Below, piece by piece: positions 22,991-37,861 of a stretch of 47,524 nucleotides of DNA. Positions within the stretch are counted from its first letter, which is position 1. Every line of letters begins with the position of its first letter. The notes under the pieces were generated by a model that saw only the letters and a program-made list of their open reading frames with translations, searched no databases and was not told the origin of the DNA. Where the stretch lies: contig JAQGDQ010001319.1 of assembly GCA_030141605.1 (NCBI GenBank), positions 1 through 47,524 of the forward strand, written 5' to 3'. This stretch comes from Tubiluchus corallicola. Lineage: Eukaryota > Animalia > Priapulida. Position numbers and translations under genes: made by a program.

Positions 22991-24346
22991 TTAGATCTCG
23001 TTAGATGCAGCGCTAGCATCTTTGTCTGGGCTAACACGATTATTGAACTGCACCACAACTGAATTATTATCTCTATCAGACCCATGTTCGCCAACCTGAT
23101 TTACATGTTTCTTACACGTTTCACTTGAAACACTGTCTTGTTTCCTGTCGTCTGCAGCTTTGTTGGGCTTCACAATGTCTGGCAAGACTATTCTCTCATC
23201 TGAATCAAACAAATCCGACACATGGTCGCTTTGATCGTTCAGGTGAGATTCGGTGCTGCCATCTTTTGACCCATGAGGTAATTTGTTCATGCGCACCGAT
23301 TCCGACACCCGCGATGTCCTTGTCGATCGACTCTGATAGATACTGGACACTGGCCGTCGGGAAGAGCCCAGGATGGCTCTCCTGAACGCAGATGAATGAA
23401 GACTATAGATTATAGGGTTTAAGCAGCTACTCCATAACGCTATTATGTCTTTTATTAGTGCAAAGAATATCATGTTTTGCGTCAGTTTCCCACCGAATGT
23501 CATATAGAGGAACCCCAGAAATGTTGGCCCCCATGCTATAGCATGTATGACTCCGATGCACAGCATCATTCTTGCTGTCTTCTTGCGCTTCTTTATCAAC
23601 TTTTGGCTAGATTCGGATTCGTTTTCTGATGCTTTTAGCACTGTTTCGTTTAGTTTGACAAATATCTTCACGTAGGTGTACAGCAACACGATCATGGGAA
23701 CTATGTAGAAGAAGATGAATCCGGAGAGATAGTACACTGTGGACTTCGTCGTCTGATAACCAACGAGTGACGTGCAGACGCGCACTTGTTTAGTTGGGGA
23801 CACGATTACTTCCGTCGCTCTAGAGAACCTCAGCGGAACCGGAAGGAGGTAGACAGAAGCAAATATCCAAACGCATAGGATGATTCTTAGTGCCCTCTTT
23901 ATGGAGCAAGTGTATTTTGCTTTAAGAGGAAAACAGATGATGATGAAACGATCTACACTGATGGCTGTGATTATCAAAACGGCTACCCGACCGAACAGCC
24001 CCATGAAGTACTCTTTGGCACGGCAGTACGGGTTGGTGACAATCTCTGGGTGTGCTTCTCCGTGTGTCACCTCCCACAGATGTAGAGGTGTGTCTACAGT
24101 CACGGCTATCAGATCGCATATTGCCAGATTAACGATGTACACGCAGGTGGCGTTTCTGACAGCTTTGTTTCGAAATATGGTTACTAACACCACAAGGTTG
24201 CCAACGACGCCTACCACCATTGTCACAATAAACATTACGAGTATGGCGATCCTAGCGGCAGGCTCGGCCATGATGAAATTTGTTGAGTTTTGCAACACTA
24301 TTGGCGGTGTTGTGACATTGCTTTGGTTAGCGCCCATGACAGTCAT
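22991..24346 (-). CDS. Class A (rhodopsin-like) GPCR, neuropeptide-receptor-like, 451 aa, single coding exon
   Basis: Seven hydrophobic segments with GN (TM1), NLAICD (TM2), C..DRF (TM3), W (TM4), FYIVP (TM5), AWGP (TM6), NPIIY (TM7). N-terminal N-glycosylation sequons (NQS, NVT, NST) and a Ser-rich tail. ATG 24346 (gccATG; alternative 24337) follows the acceptor tttctttttcAG at 24358-24357. Confidence 0.93.
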   Translation of the reverse strand: MTVMGANQSNVTTPPIVLQNSTNFIMAEPAARIAILVMFIVTMVVGVVGNLVVLVTIFRNKAVRNATCVYIVNLAICDLIAVTVDTPLHLWEVTHGEAHPEIVTNPYCRAKEYFMGLFGRVAVLIITAISVDRFIIICFPLKAKYTCSIKRALRIILCVWIFASVYLLPVPLRFSRATEVIVSPTKQVRVCTSLVGYQTTKSTVYYLSGFIFFYIVPMIVLLYTYVKIFVKLNETVLKASENESESSQKLIKKRKKTARMMLCIGVIHAIAWGPTFLGFLYMTFGGKLTQNMIFFALIKDIIALWSSCLNPIIYSLHSSAFRRAILGSSRRPVSSIYQSRSTRTSRVSESVRMNKLPHGSKDGSTESHLNDQSDHVSDLFDSDERIVLPDIVKPNKAADDRKQDSVSSETCKKHVNQVGEHGSDRDNNSVVVQFNNRVSPDKDASAASNEI

Positions 24347-24395
24347 GGCAACTAGTCTGAAAAAGAAATTGTAATATTTAATGTGGTTAGTATTT

Positions 24396-24925
24396 TCAGC
24401 CACTGGGGGGGGGGGGTGTAAGCCAGCCCAACTCAGTACCGGTCCCAAGCCCGGTTAAATAGGGAGGGTTAGGGTCAGGAAGGGCATCCACCTGTAAAAA
24501 CTGCGCCAAAACCTTCTATGAATGAGTCGGTGAGACTTAAAGGGAAAGTCCACAAAGAAGTGGTCAGACCCGCTCTAATCTATGGGCTTGGAAGCAGCTT
24601 CTCTAAAGAAGACCGAAGAGAAGAAAATGGGTGTGGTGGAGATGAGGATGTTGAGATGGATGGTGGGAATAACAAGAAGAGATAAAATTAGAAATAATAA
24701 TATCAGAGGAACAGTAAAAGTAGTGGAAGCCTCGCAAGATTGCGATGGTATGGACACCTGAAAAGAAGAGTCGGTGAAGATCATGTGGGAAGGGAAGACA
24801 TAAATGAAGAGATGGCCAACAACAGGAATGCGTGGAGAAGACTCATTCACAACGGCGACCCCGCATAGGGAAAAGCTGGGAAGAAGAAGAAGAAGAAGAA
24901 GAAGAAGAAGAAGAAGAAGAAGAAG
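24396..24925 (+). mobile_element. Internally deleted RTE-clade non-LTR retroposon (SINE-like) with a 16-bp target-site duplication
   Basis: TSD aatgtggttagtattt at 24380-24395 and 24926-24941. RTE-like 5' motif ggtcccaagcccgg..gtcaggaagggcatcc. ORF remnant VVRPALIYGLE..EMRMLRWMVGITRRDKIRN..RLRWYGHL. (GAA)n tail. Confidence 0.85.
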
Positions 24926-25374
24926 AATGTGGTTAGTATTTCCGTTAACACTCTGGTAAAATAACATTAACAAAATTCGGATTAGCACCAGCACAGGATA
25001 AGTATTCAAGTATAATTCCCCAATGACCTTGGTAGGACTTACTGCATCAGAGACTAAGCAGTTCTTCAAAGACATTGCATATTGTCTTAGTCTAAATATG
25101 GGAGGTATTTTATTTGGAGTGTTTAATGCCTATTTAATAAAGCATTAAAATAACATTTAAAATAAAATCGAGTAGAGTTTAAACAAAACAAAAACGTACA
25201 CGTCTTCAAGTGGGGTAACCTTTCAGCAAGATGCAGTTTTTGCTGCACGACTGCTTTCAAAACAGAATGTGTGAAGGACGGTACGGAACATAGAACAACA
25301 ACAATATGACCCAGCAATTAAAAATTCGAAATAGAGCTACAAAGGCCAACGAGTGACGATCAGAATCTGAGTTG

Positions 25375-27780
25375 GATTTAATCTAAAGAGACTAATTGCA
25401 CTGTAGATATCTACTTTTGGTCACGACATTTCATCTCTCTGAATTTGATTTAATCTAAAGAGACTAATTGCACTGTAGATATCTACTTTTGGTCACGACA
25501 TTTCATCTCTCTGAATTTTATTTAATCTAAAGAGACTAATTGTACTGTAGATAGCTACTTTTGGTCACGACATCTCATCTCTCTGAATTTGATTTAATCT
25601 AAAGAGACGAATTGCACTGTAGATATCTACTTTTGGTCACGACACCTCATCTCTCTGAATTTGATTTAATCTAAAGAGACGAATTGCACTGTAGATATCT
25701 ACTTTTGGTCACGACATTTCATCTCTCTGAATTTGATTTAATCTAAAGAGACTAATTGCACTGTAGATATCTACTTTTGGTCACAACATTTCATCTCTCT
25801 GAATTTGATTTAATCTAAAGAGACTAATTGTACTGTAGATATCTACTTTTGGTCACGACATCTCATCTCTCTGAATTTGATTTAATCTAAAGAGACTAAT
25901 TGCACTGTAGATATCTACTTTTGGTCACGACACCTCATCTCTCTGAATTTGATTTAATCTAAAGAGACGAATTGCACTGTAGATATCTACTTTTGGTCAC
26001 GACATTTCATCTCTCTGAATTTGATTTAATCTAAAGAGACTAATTGCACTGTAGATATCTACTTTTGGTCACGACATTTCATCTCCCTGAATTTGATTTA
26101 ATATAAAGAAACTAATTGCACTGTAGATATCTACTTTTGGTCACGACATTTCATCTCTCTGAATTTGATTTAATCTAAAGAGACTAATTGTACTGTAGAT
26201 ATCTACTTTTGGTCACGACATTTCATCTCTCTGAATTTGATTTAATCTAAAGAGACTAATTGCACTGTAGATATCTACTTTTGGTCACGACATTTCATCT
26301 CTCTGAATTTGATTTAATCTAAAGAGACTAATTGCACTGTAGATATCTACTTTTGGTCACGACACCTCATCTCTCTGAATTTGATTTAATCTAAAGAAGC
26401 TAATTGCACTGTAGATATCTACTTTTGGTCATGACACCTCATCTCTCTGAATTTGATTTAATATAAAGAGACTAATTGCACTGTAGATATCTACTTTTGG
26501 TCACGACATTTCATCTCTCTGAATTTGATTTAATCTAAAGAGACTAATTGCACTGTAGATATCTACTTTTGGTCACGACACCTCATCTCTCTGAATTTGA
26601 TTTAATCTAAAGAAGCTAATTGCACTGTAGATATCTACTTTTGGTCATGACACCTCATCTCTCTGAATTTGATTTAATATAAAGAGACTAATTGCACTGT
26701 AGATATCTACTTTTGGTCACAACATTTCATCTCTCTGAATTTGATTTAATCTAAAGAGACTAATTGCGCTGTAGATATCTACTTTTGGTCACGACACCTC
26801 AACTCTCTGAATTTGATTTAATCTAAAGAGACTAATTGCACTGTAGATATCTACTTTTGGTCACGACATTTCATCTCTCTGAATTTGATTTAATCTAAAG
26901 AGACTAATTGCACTGTAGATATCTACTTTTGGTCATAAAATTTCATCTCTCTGAATTTGATTTAATCTAAAGAGACTAATTGCACTGTAGATATCTACTT
27001 TTGGTCACGACATTTCATCTCTCTGAATTTGATTTAATCTAAAGAGACTAATTGCACTGTAGATATCTACTTTTGGTCACGACATTTCATCACTCTGAAT
27101 TTGATTTAATCTAAAGAGACTAATTGCACTGTAGATATCTACTTTTGGTCACGACACCTCATCTCTCTGAATTTGATTTAATCTAAAGAGACTAATTGCA
27201 CTGTAGATATCTACTTTTGGTCACAACATTTCATCTCTCTGAATTTGATTTAATCTAAAGAGACTAATTGTACTGTAGATATCTACTTTTGGTCACGACA
27301 TCTCATCTCTCTGAATTTGATTTAATCTAAAGAGACTAATTGCACTGTAGATATCTACTTTTGGTCACGACACCTCATCTCTCTGAATTTGATTTAATCT
27401 AAAGAGACTAATTGCACTGTAGATATCTACTTTTGGTCACGACATTTCATCTCTCTGAATTTGATTTAATCTAAAGAGACTAATTGCACTGTAGATATCT
27501 ACTTTTGGTCACGACATTTCATCTCCCTGAATTTGATTTAATCTAAAGAGACTAATTGCACTGTAGATATCTACTTTTGGTCACCACATTTCATCTCTCT
27601 GAATTTGATTTAATCTAAAGAGACTAATTGCACTGTAGATATCTACTTTTGGTCACGACATTTCATTTCTCTGAATTTGATTTAATCTAAAGAGACTAAT
27701 TGCACTGTAGATATCTACTTTTGGTCACAACATTTCATCTCTCTGAATTTGATTTAATCTAAAGAGACTAATTGCACTGC
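25375..27780. repeat. 72-bp minisatellite, ~33 copies
   Basis: Period 72 (25381/25453). Each unit has the 12-bp palindrome GTAGATATCTAC. Confidence 0.97.
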
Positions 27781-27972
27781 ACATTGCTTCTCTCAGATGG
27801 CAGTGGGAGGTCGCATTTGATGGTCTCTAAGCTGAATTACACCATTCTGGCCTAGAAGTGTTCATTCTAGAAACGCCAAGACAGCATATCTGATGTAGTC
27901 GATTCTTTGCAGGTGGCGATAAGGACATGATGTGATGACGGATGGCGGTCATCAGCCACTAATAATTTCTTC

Positions 27973-27990
27973 TGCCACCAGGAGGCGCCA
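27973..27990 (+). promoter_or_regulatory. Candidate CTCF site TGCCACCAGGAGGCGCCA
   Basis: Close visual match to the CCACCAGGGGGCGC core in otherwise AT-rich DNA. Confidence 0.45.
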
Positions 27991-28404
27991 AAACTAATCT
28001 CAGTAAGGGAGAAGGCAATGTTGAAACACACGGTTCTTCTTTCTCAAGTCCTTGCTGAGGCGAAGAGCTTAGTGGTCTTCCCTTTTTCGCATGCAGTTAT
28101 ATTTTGAAGTTGCTCAGTTCAATTTTCACGCAGACAACCCCGCCTCTCAAATTTCTGTCAACTGCTTAATTGAGTACTATGACGCAGAGTTTCCTAAATT
28201 TACAAGAAAAGGATAGCTACGCCAGGATTTACACAAGGTGTTATTAATCTAATCAGTGCCAGGAACACAATAGAAACTTTTAGAAGCTTTCATAAGAGAT
28301 TTTATGAACTCTCGTGAATTGGACACAAATCAAAGAAACTTAAATTTAGCTGCTCCATGTTTTAAACTTGCAGGATTTATATCGCAGCAACGTAGCCACA
28401 GTGA

Positions 28405-30325
<1,921 letters not shown>

Positions 30326-31064
30326 TAACACGAATACTCAGCTACATCACGAAGTTCCCTTTAAAGACACAACTGGGAAAATGTTCGACTACTAAACTCA
30401 AAATTCTTACGACGAACGTTTCATAAACTCATAAAAATTTAATATATAAAACTCATAATACAAACTGACTTTAATATGGCAGCCATTAGTGCTGTGATAT
30501 GTATGCTGATGCAGTTAAAGCATGCAAACTTGATCTATCATTAGTTACACATGCATGGGAGTTAATGAAGATTGATTTATAATTAACATCCTGGTAATGC
30601 AAGATTGGTCATTTAACTCAGCGTGAATCACCTTAGTAAACACGTCTCTATGATTAATCAAACGGCACCGAAAATTAATTTGCTTTAGCTGGTAGTTAAA
30701 TGCAACATTGGAAGCTGAGATGCACTAAATTATCAACTGATGGTAATTACGAAGCAAAACATTCACCCTTCTGAATCAACTAGTCCATTCACACGTGCTT
30801 TCATCACCATCATCATATGCGCATTCCGTCTATTGTAGACATTTGGCGAACAGAACTCTAAAACAAAAGAAATCTGCCCTTTTAAAACTGGTAAACACAG
30901 CAGTTAATCCAGCAAAAAACTAGACTCCGCTATGCCAGTGGCTTGTCAGCACCACTTCCGATTCGCACGTGCTTTGCTCACCCATTTTCTATTTCAAAGA
31001 GATGAAATCTTTAACACATACGACTGAAAGTAGTGCAATCACACACTTGCATTGTTTTTTAACT

Positions 31065-31080
31065 CGCCGCTAGATGGCAG
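31065..31080 (+). promoter_or_regulatory. Candidate CTCF site CGCCGCTAGATGGCAG
   Basis: Matches the CCRCTAGATGGCAG-type CTCF core. Confidence 0.45.
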
Positions 31081-31095
31081 GCAAAAAACTCCTCA

Positions 31096-31109
31096 GTCAC
31101 CATAGCAAC
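31096..31109. promoter_or_regulatory. Candidate RFX X-box GTCACCATAGCAAC
   Basis: Fits the consensus GTNRCC-N(0-3)-RGYAAC. Confidence 0.45.
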
Positions 31110-31981
31110 GCCAACTTTAGCAATGCCCATTCTGGCAGTGTGATTTTAGAAGATACAGCAGGACAATGAACATAGCAGCTGTGTGTCACAAACACAATGG
31201 CAACCTTTTGTTCCAGCTAAGCAGTGGCTTGCTGTTGTGTGAAATTTTACGCAATTTTTTTTACAAATATCATTAGCGCACAAAAGTTTATGTCCATCAT
31301 TTGAGTAAATAACATATTCCAGTTGGATATTTCATTAGCTATTTGACGATGTTGGCTGTTTTTGTTCAAGTAGGAAAATAATTTAACTCTTCAAGAAAAA
31401 TCTGTGGGTACTCCATGAAAAATGCTTCATTTACTGAACAAAACAGCATAAAACACTTAATAAATTTACCGAAAACGCACAAAACCCAAAAAATGATCTT
31501 GACACAAAAATGTGATCATTACAAAGCTTAAGAACCCCTCTTAATAGATCCCCTGGCTGTTCTTACCTGCAAAGACTCATTCTAACAAAATTAATGACCA
31601 TTGTCTAGAAACTGAAATTTCTCTAGTTCATCAGGCACCACAATGAAACTTGAAATTGAACTATTTGCAGTCACAGGGTGAGTTAGCTTTAGCATAATCG
31701 TGAAAGAGTTTATTACTCAGTAAAACGCACGGATGATTTCGTTTTTGTTTTCATTCGCACGGTTACATAATAACTCGAGGATATGAAATTGTTGATGTTT
31801 ATGTTGTACCAGAACGTGTTAAGCACGTGTAGGATGTAAAGTAGACGTAAAAAAAGAAGAAATAATAATTCTTGTCACGCCGAAAAGGTTGGGAAAAGGA
31901 AGTGAATAAAATGGCGTTTTGGCTTTGCTTCTGGCGTATTAACAAAATTTCTGATTTCGTTTTTTAGATGTAGAAAGAAAC

Positions 31982-32156
31982 AATAGAGCCAGGTTTAAAC
32001 TGTTTACGTCTTTCTCGAGATTAAACGTATCAAGATTCTCATTTGCTAACAGTGTTGTAAACATTTGGAATGCTCTGGGCTCTCATGTAGTTCTTGCTAT
32101 TAGTTTGTCGATTTTTACTAAAAGATTAGCTAATGTTAATTTACTGCCCTATTGCA
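31982..32156 (+). mobile_element. CR1-type LINE ORF2 C-terminal remnant
   Basis: Translates as RFKLFTSFSRLNVSRFSFANSVVNIWNALGSHVVLAISLSIFTKRL, resembling the CR1 motif FFSNRVVNxWNxLP..SLxxFKxRL. Confidence 0.7.
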
Positions 32157-32191
32157 ACTTTATGCGAAACATGTGACACTGACATTGGCGT

Positions 32192-32458
<267 letters not shown>

Positions 32459-32849
32459 TTCTTTATTTGTCATTAAAAAGGTTCATTCATTATAATAAAA
32501 TTGAGTAAGCCTCAGCGTAATATTAAAATAACAACACTGTTCAAGACAAATGCGTTCAGTGCTGACTAAAAAAACTAAAGTGCCAAACTATGGCCTAATT
32601 ATGTACAATAAATGAACATATTTACAAACACCATATTAAAATATTTTTACAAAACAATATTACAAAAATAGATTAAATTTTACATTATATATACATTTGA
32701 CATGACACAATTAACAGAAACATGCTTTACATTAGATAAATTTCACTCATTACATTTACACTATCTATACATTTGACATTACGAAACTAGCATAACACGT
32801 ATTACATTACATAATTTAAAAAAAAATCATTTTCAATCGTTTTATGGAG

Positions 32850-33098
32850 TCATAGGCGGAGGTAGATGAAAGATGAGTCTGTGTAATTAGTATCAGATGC
32901 ACAATGTGGAAGTTGAAACCTGTTATACTGATATTGTTTTAATTTCTTTTTAAAGTGGTGGAGAGATTCTATTTGTTTTATTTCACTTGGTAGTAAGTTC
33001 CATAAATGTATGGTCTGTTTTGATATGGAGTTATATCCAAATTTGTTGTTTCTCTCTCCAAATCGTATTCTGCACTGACAGATAATCACATAATTCAT
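32850..33098 (-). mobile_element. CR1/L2-group LINE ORF2 C-terminal remnant
   Basis: NKFGYNSISKQTIHLWNLLPSEIKQIESLHHFKKKLK matches the WNxLPxxIK..SLxxFKKKLK end of these ORF2s. A T-rich 3' UTR follows on the minus strand. Confidence 0.65.
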
Positions 33099-33210
33099 AT
33101 TCTTAACTATTTAAAAAAAATTCACTCTTTAAGGCTCACTCAAAGTCGTAATGACATATTATGTTTTCCTTTCTCAACTTTCAGGTTTATTGCTCTTATA
33201 CAATTGCTAT

Positions 33211-33901
33211 TATTACATCATTTACTTCATCCTTATTTACATTAAGTTATCTACAGAAGCACGCATAACTGTAATCATTTTTTTCATTTAAGTAAGGTGA
33301 GTGTGTTAATGACCGTATGGTCGTACACTCACCTCGCACTACTCAAATTATTACATCATTTACTTCATCCTTATTTACATTAAGTTATCTACAGAAGCAC
33401 GCATAACTGTAATCATTTTTTTCATTTAAGTAAGGTGAGTGTGTTAATGACCGTATGGTCGTACACTCACCTCACACTACTCAAATTATTACATCATTTA
33501 CTTCATCCTTATTTACATTAAGTTATCTACAGAAGCATGCATAACTGTAATCATTTTTTTCATTTAAGTAAGGTGAGTGTGTTAATGACCGTATGGTCGT
33601 ACACTCACCTCGCACTACTCAAATTATTACATCATTTACTTCATCCTTATTTACATTAAGTTATCTACAGAAGCATGCATAACTATAATCATTTTTTCAT
33701 TTAAGTAAGGTGAGTGTGTTAATGACCGTATGGTCGTACACTCACCTCACACTACTCAAATTATTACATCATTTACTTCATCCTTATTTACATTAAGTTA
33801 TCTACAGAAGCATGCATAACTATAATCATTTTTTCATTTAAGTAAGGTGAGTGTGTTAATGACCGTATGGTCGTACACTCACCTCGCACTACTCAAATTA
33901 T
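33211..33901. repeat. 137-138-bp tandem repeat, 5 copies, each with a stem-loop
   Basis: Units at 33211, 33349, 33487, 33625 and 33762. AGGTGAGTGT..ACACTCACCT is a perfect 10-bp stem. Confidence 0.95.
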
Positions 33902-34505
33902 GTTATTTAAAGTTTATTAATGTGTTTGATATTGTATTTTTTGATGTATGAAATGAAATTCATAGTTCATAGTATTATTGTATAAAACGTGTTGTATATA
34001 GTATTTAATTCATATTTAAGTACGTTTTATTAGGGGTCTTTTAATGAGAGATATTGAATTTTAAGGTTTGTTTTTTAAAAAAAATTGTCTGTGCATCTTT
34101 CTATGTCTTATAGGATCAGCGTAAGTGCTCATGCGCCTGCAGATTCTTTCTTTTATACAATTTTAATACATATATAAATGTCAAATTAAAAAAGGTTTAA
34201 ATTATTTTAAATAATTACATTAATTAAATTATTGTAATTACATTAATTAAATTATTGTAATTACATTAATTAAATTATTGTAAATTATAATCAGGTAGTT
34301 ACTTACTTAAATATAAAACTAAATAGATTAAACAAAAATTACGAAAGTATGTTGACGGTATAGGTGAAAAACATAAACGCTTCATACATCGTGTCAAGTT
34401 CGCAAATAACTATGAATCCAAACGTTGATGTGCGCAAAATGTGCAAACTTGAATGGCGGCTGAAAGGCGTAAAACTTTAATACTTGACTGTGAGAATAAA
34501 AATGA

Positions 34506-34576
34506 ATTCTTGACGAAGTAAAGCATTCTTGACGAAGTAAAGCATTCTTGACGAAGTAAAGCATTCTTGACGAAGT
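34506..34576. repeat. 19-bp tandem repeat, ~4 copies
   Basis: attcttgacgaagtaaagc repeated. Confidence 0.85.
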
Positions 34577-34925
34577 TTAAAGCTTTTAGCTCAAGTGAAA
34601 ATTGACAAGCGCGGCGTTAAGATGTCTCGGTGGTGTAGAAAAACGTCGAATGTACTACTCTACGAGAAGCCACGTGGTGAAGCCATGTACTGAATCTTCA
34701 GTCATCGAGAGGTGATTGATTGAAAGCGAATTTCCTCTTCACTGCAATTCTGGAAGATGGAAATTGCGTCTTGTGTGAAATCCGACTGTCTTCGCTTGGG
34801 CATCATGTGCAAAATTGAACAAAGCTCCATCCATTCACCCGATCTTTTACAGAATCCATCTTTTACAATATGTGGAGGAAAGAATACAAAACATTTTAAA
34901 GTACTGTTACTTCCCTCTGCCTATA

Positions 34926-35215
34926 CCTTAAAGCACAAGAAAACCCTTCGTAAACATAAAGCTTAAAAAATTCGTTTTGAAATTTCATATCACTTACGTA
35001 CTGCCTTTTTACGTGCAGGACTTTAATCGGCAGTCAGGCTGTATAAAACATGTAAATTTAAACTCCCGCGATGACCGTTAGACGCAGCCATTTTGACGAT
35101 AAGTCATTTGAAACAAGTTTAGATAACATTTTGTAAAGTTTGAAAAAATAATTAGAGCATTCGTAGCGCACAAGTCACTAACTAAATAAAATTTAGATTT
35201 ACTGCATCTTGTCAA
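34926..35215. repeat. Dispersed repeat B, copy 2
   Basis: Similarity to 18790-19060. Confidence 0.8.
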
Positions 35216-35933
35216 TACGATTAAAAATACGTTTTTCGGTTACTGAATGGTGCACCCTGTAGGGTGAGTCAGCGACATTTTGCCAATTGGTGAAAACATT
35301 TTAAATAATTAATAATTTTCTTTCCTAGTTACATAAGCCTTTCTAGCAGGTAAGCGAAAATCTAAGTAATAAAGATTTGCACGGAAAGTCTTTTGAGACA
35401 CAATTTAACATTTCCTTTTCTTCCCTTGATTTACGTTTGGTACATGACGTCATGTAATGGCGACTTCGGAACAGCATTGCGGGAGATTTAAAATGAAGAC
35501 AAACTAAAATTCCTTTCAGTGCGAATACGATACACGAATAAAATTGCTAAAAAGTAATATAATTTTTAAGGCGATTTTTCTGAAACCTACTTCAGGTACC
35601 CATTTCCTTGTCCTTTAAGAACAAGAAGGACTGGATCAGCAAATTTTATTATAAATTATATATGCTGCTAAACTGATGCGTAATTATATAGTAGAATATT
35701 TTGAGTATAAAATCAAAGGACGGATTAACAACATTTAAAACAGAAATAAATAAACAAACTCCTAACTCACAAAAGAGCCTTAGATAAAAACGATGAAGTA
35801 GAATTCATCAATAATTGGAGAATATAAAAAAACATATAGACTCATAAATTCATCATAATCTAAGTGTCTATATTATAAAAATATAGTCGAGTTTGGAATT
35901 TTCGTGTTGGAAATTTGATTTTCAGAAATAAAA

Positions 35934-36075
<142 letters not shown>

Positions 36076-36091
36076 CGACACGTATGGAAAC

Positions 36092-36320
36092 ACTTACGTG
36101 TCAAAAAAGTAGCAAAAATTATGAAAAAGTATTAAAATTCACAATATTTCATAAGTCACCATTGTATCATCATGTAGACAAATTTGTAGATATGTAATGT
36201 AGTATTTTAATGTTTTTATTCTTGCGATTTTCGACTTAGACTAACTGACACAATTGCACACATTAGTCTGTCACTCCTTACTATTGTATAATTTTTGCAA
36301 TAAAGATTTTTATATATAAA
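36092..36320. repeat. Dispersed repeat A, copy 2
   Basis: Similarity to 16912-17215. Confidence 0.8.
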
Positions 36321-36539
36321 TATAATTTATAACATAAGATGGCATGATTTATTGATGTAGTAACAGCTGCCTTTTTAACTGGTGCCTTGTATTTTTAAAT
36401 TCACTATATATTTATATTATATTTTTTGGTAAATTTTCGTAGCTTTTAATAGTAGATGACATGAAGTATTTCTTAGTTTTAAGGTAAATTTTAACTTGCG
36501 TACGACATTTTTATGGTGCTGAAATAAACTTTAAACAAA

Positions 36540-36543
36540 AAAA

Positions 36544-36594
<51 letters not shown>

Positions 36595-36635
36595 GTAAAT
36601 AAGTAAATAGATAAATAAATAAATAAATAAATAAG

Positions 36636-36712
<77 letters not shown>

Positions 36713-36719
36713 AAATAAG

Positions 36720-36770
<51 letters not shown>

Positions 36771-36775
36771 GTAAG

Positions 36776-36842
<67 letters not shown>

Positions 36843-36843
36843 G

Positions 36844-36906
<63 letters not shown>

Positions 36907-36907
36907 G

Positions 36908-36958
<51 letters not shown>

Positions 36959-37139
36959 GTAAATAAGTAAATAAGTGAATAAATGAATAAATGAATAAAT
37001 GAATAAATGAATAAATGAATAAATGAATAAATGAATAAATGAATAAATGAATAAATGAATAAATGAATAAATAAATAACTAAATAAATAAATAAGTAAAT
37101 AAGTAAATAAATAAATAAATAAGTAAATAAGTAAATAAG

Positions 37140-37202
<63 letters not shown>

Positions 37203-37243
37203 GTAAATAAGTAAATAGATAAATAAATAAATAAATAAATAAG

Positions 37244-37278
<35 letters not shown>

Positions 37279-37287
37279 GTAAATAAG

Positions 37288-37334
<47 letters not shown>

Positions 37335-37367
37335 GTAAGTAAATAAATAAATAAATAAATAAATAAA
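36540..37367. repeat. (AAAT)n microsatellite with AAGT/GAAT variants
   Basis: Directly visible. Confidence 0.97.
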
Positions 37368-37861
37368 AACAAAAATGGGTCATTTCACACAGAGAGAATT
37401 TTATTCACTAGACTGTTAACAAGGCTTTGAAAAATTTGCGAATCAAAATTAATATTTTTATATTTTTGCTACCTGCACTTTCAAATTAGATAGCAATTAA
37501 TAATATCATTAATTAGATTACGATTGCGTGTAAAGAAAGAGTGAAAATTTGAAGATAAATTTGATACTTTAGAGGGAAGAAACTCTGAATGGCCGAGGAT
37601 CCTAAATTACCCTCTCTTTAGTAACCAAAACCGAAAAAGCTTGAATAAAAACAGATGCGTATTTACATGTACAACACTGTACTTAGTGTGATTGATATAG
37701 TCTTTGATACGCAAATATAACGTAGTATACTTTATAAATTATACACCACAAAAACATACAGAGAAATTCAGTAGGCCCCTTTTGTTAGACTCACGGTTAA
37801 TAGACTCAGTCGCTTAATTGACTCAAAAAAACCTAAAACGAGCCGCTTCTATTGAACTGTA

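Noticed and set aside
23880-24374. 164-aa plus-strand ORF, and similar short ORFs overlapping the three genes
   Set aside because: Antisense or alternate-frame shadows of real coding sequence with no recognisable motifs.
24347-24448. N-terminal extension of the GPCR ORF (MGPVLSW..)
   Set aside because: Starts at a non-ATG codon inside the RTE insertion and crosses a clear splice acceptor.
24396-24520. HDV-like ribozyme in the RTE 5' segment
   Set aside because: Such ribozymes occur in some RTE elements, but I could not build the nested double pseudoknot by eye; it needs a descriptor search.
24575-25075. 166-aa minus-strand hydrophobic ORF
   Set aside because: Antisense of the RTE remnant and its (GAA)n tail.
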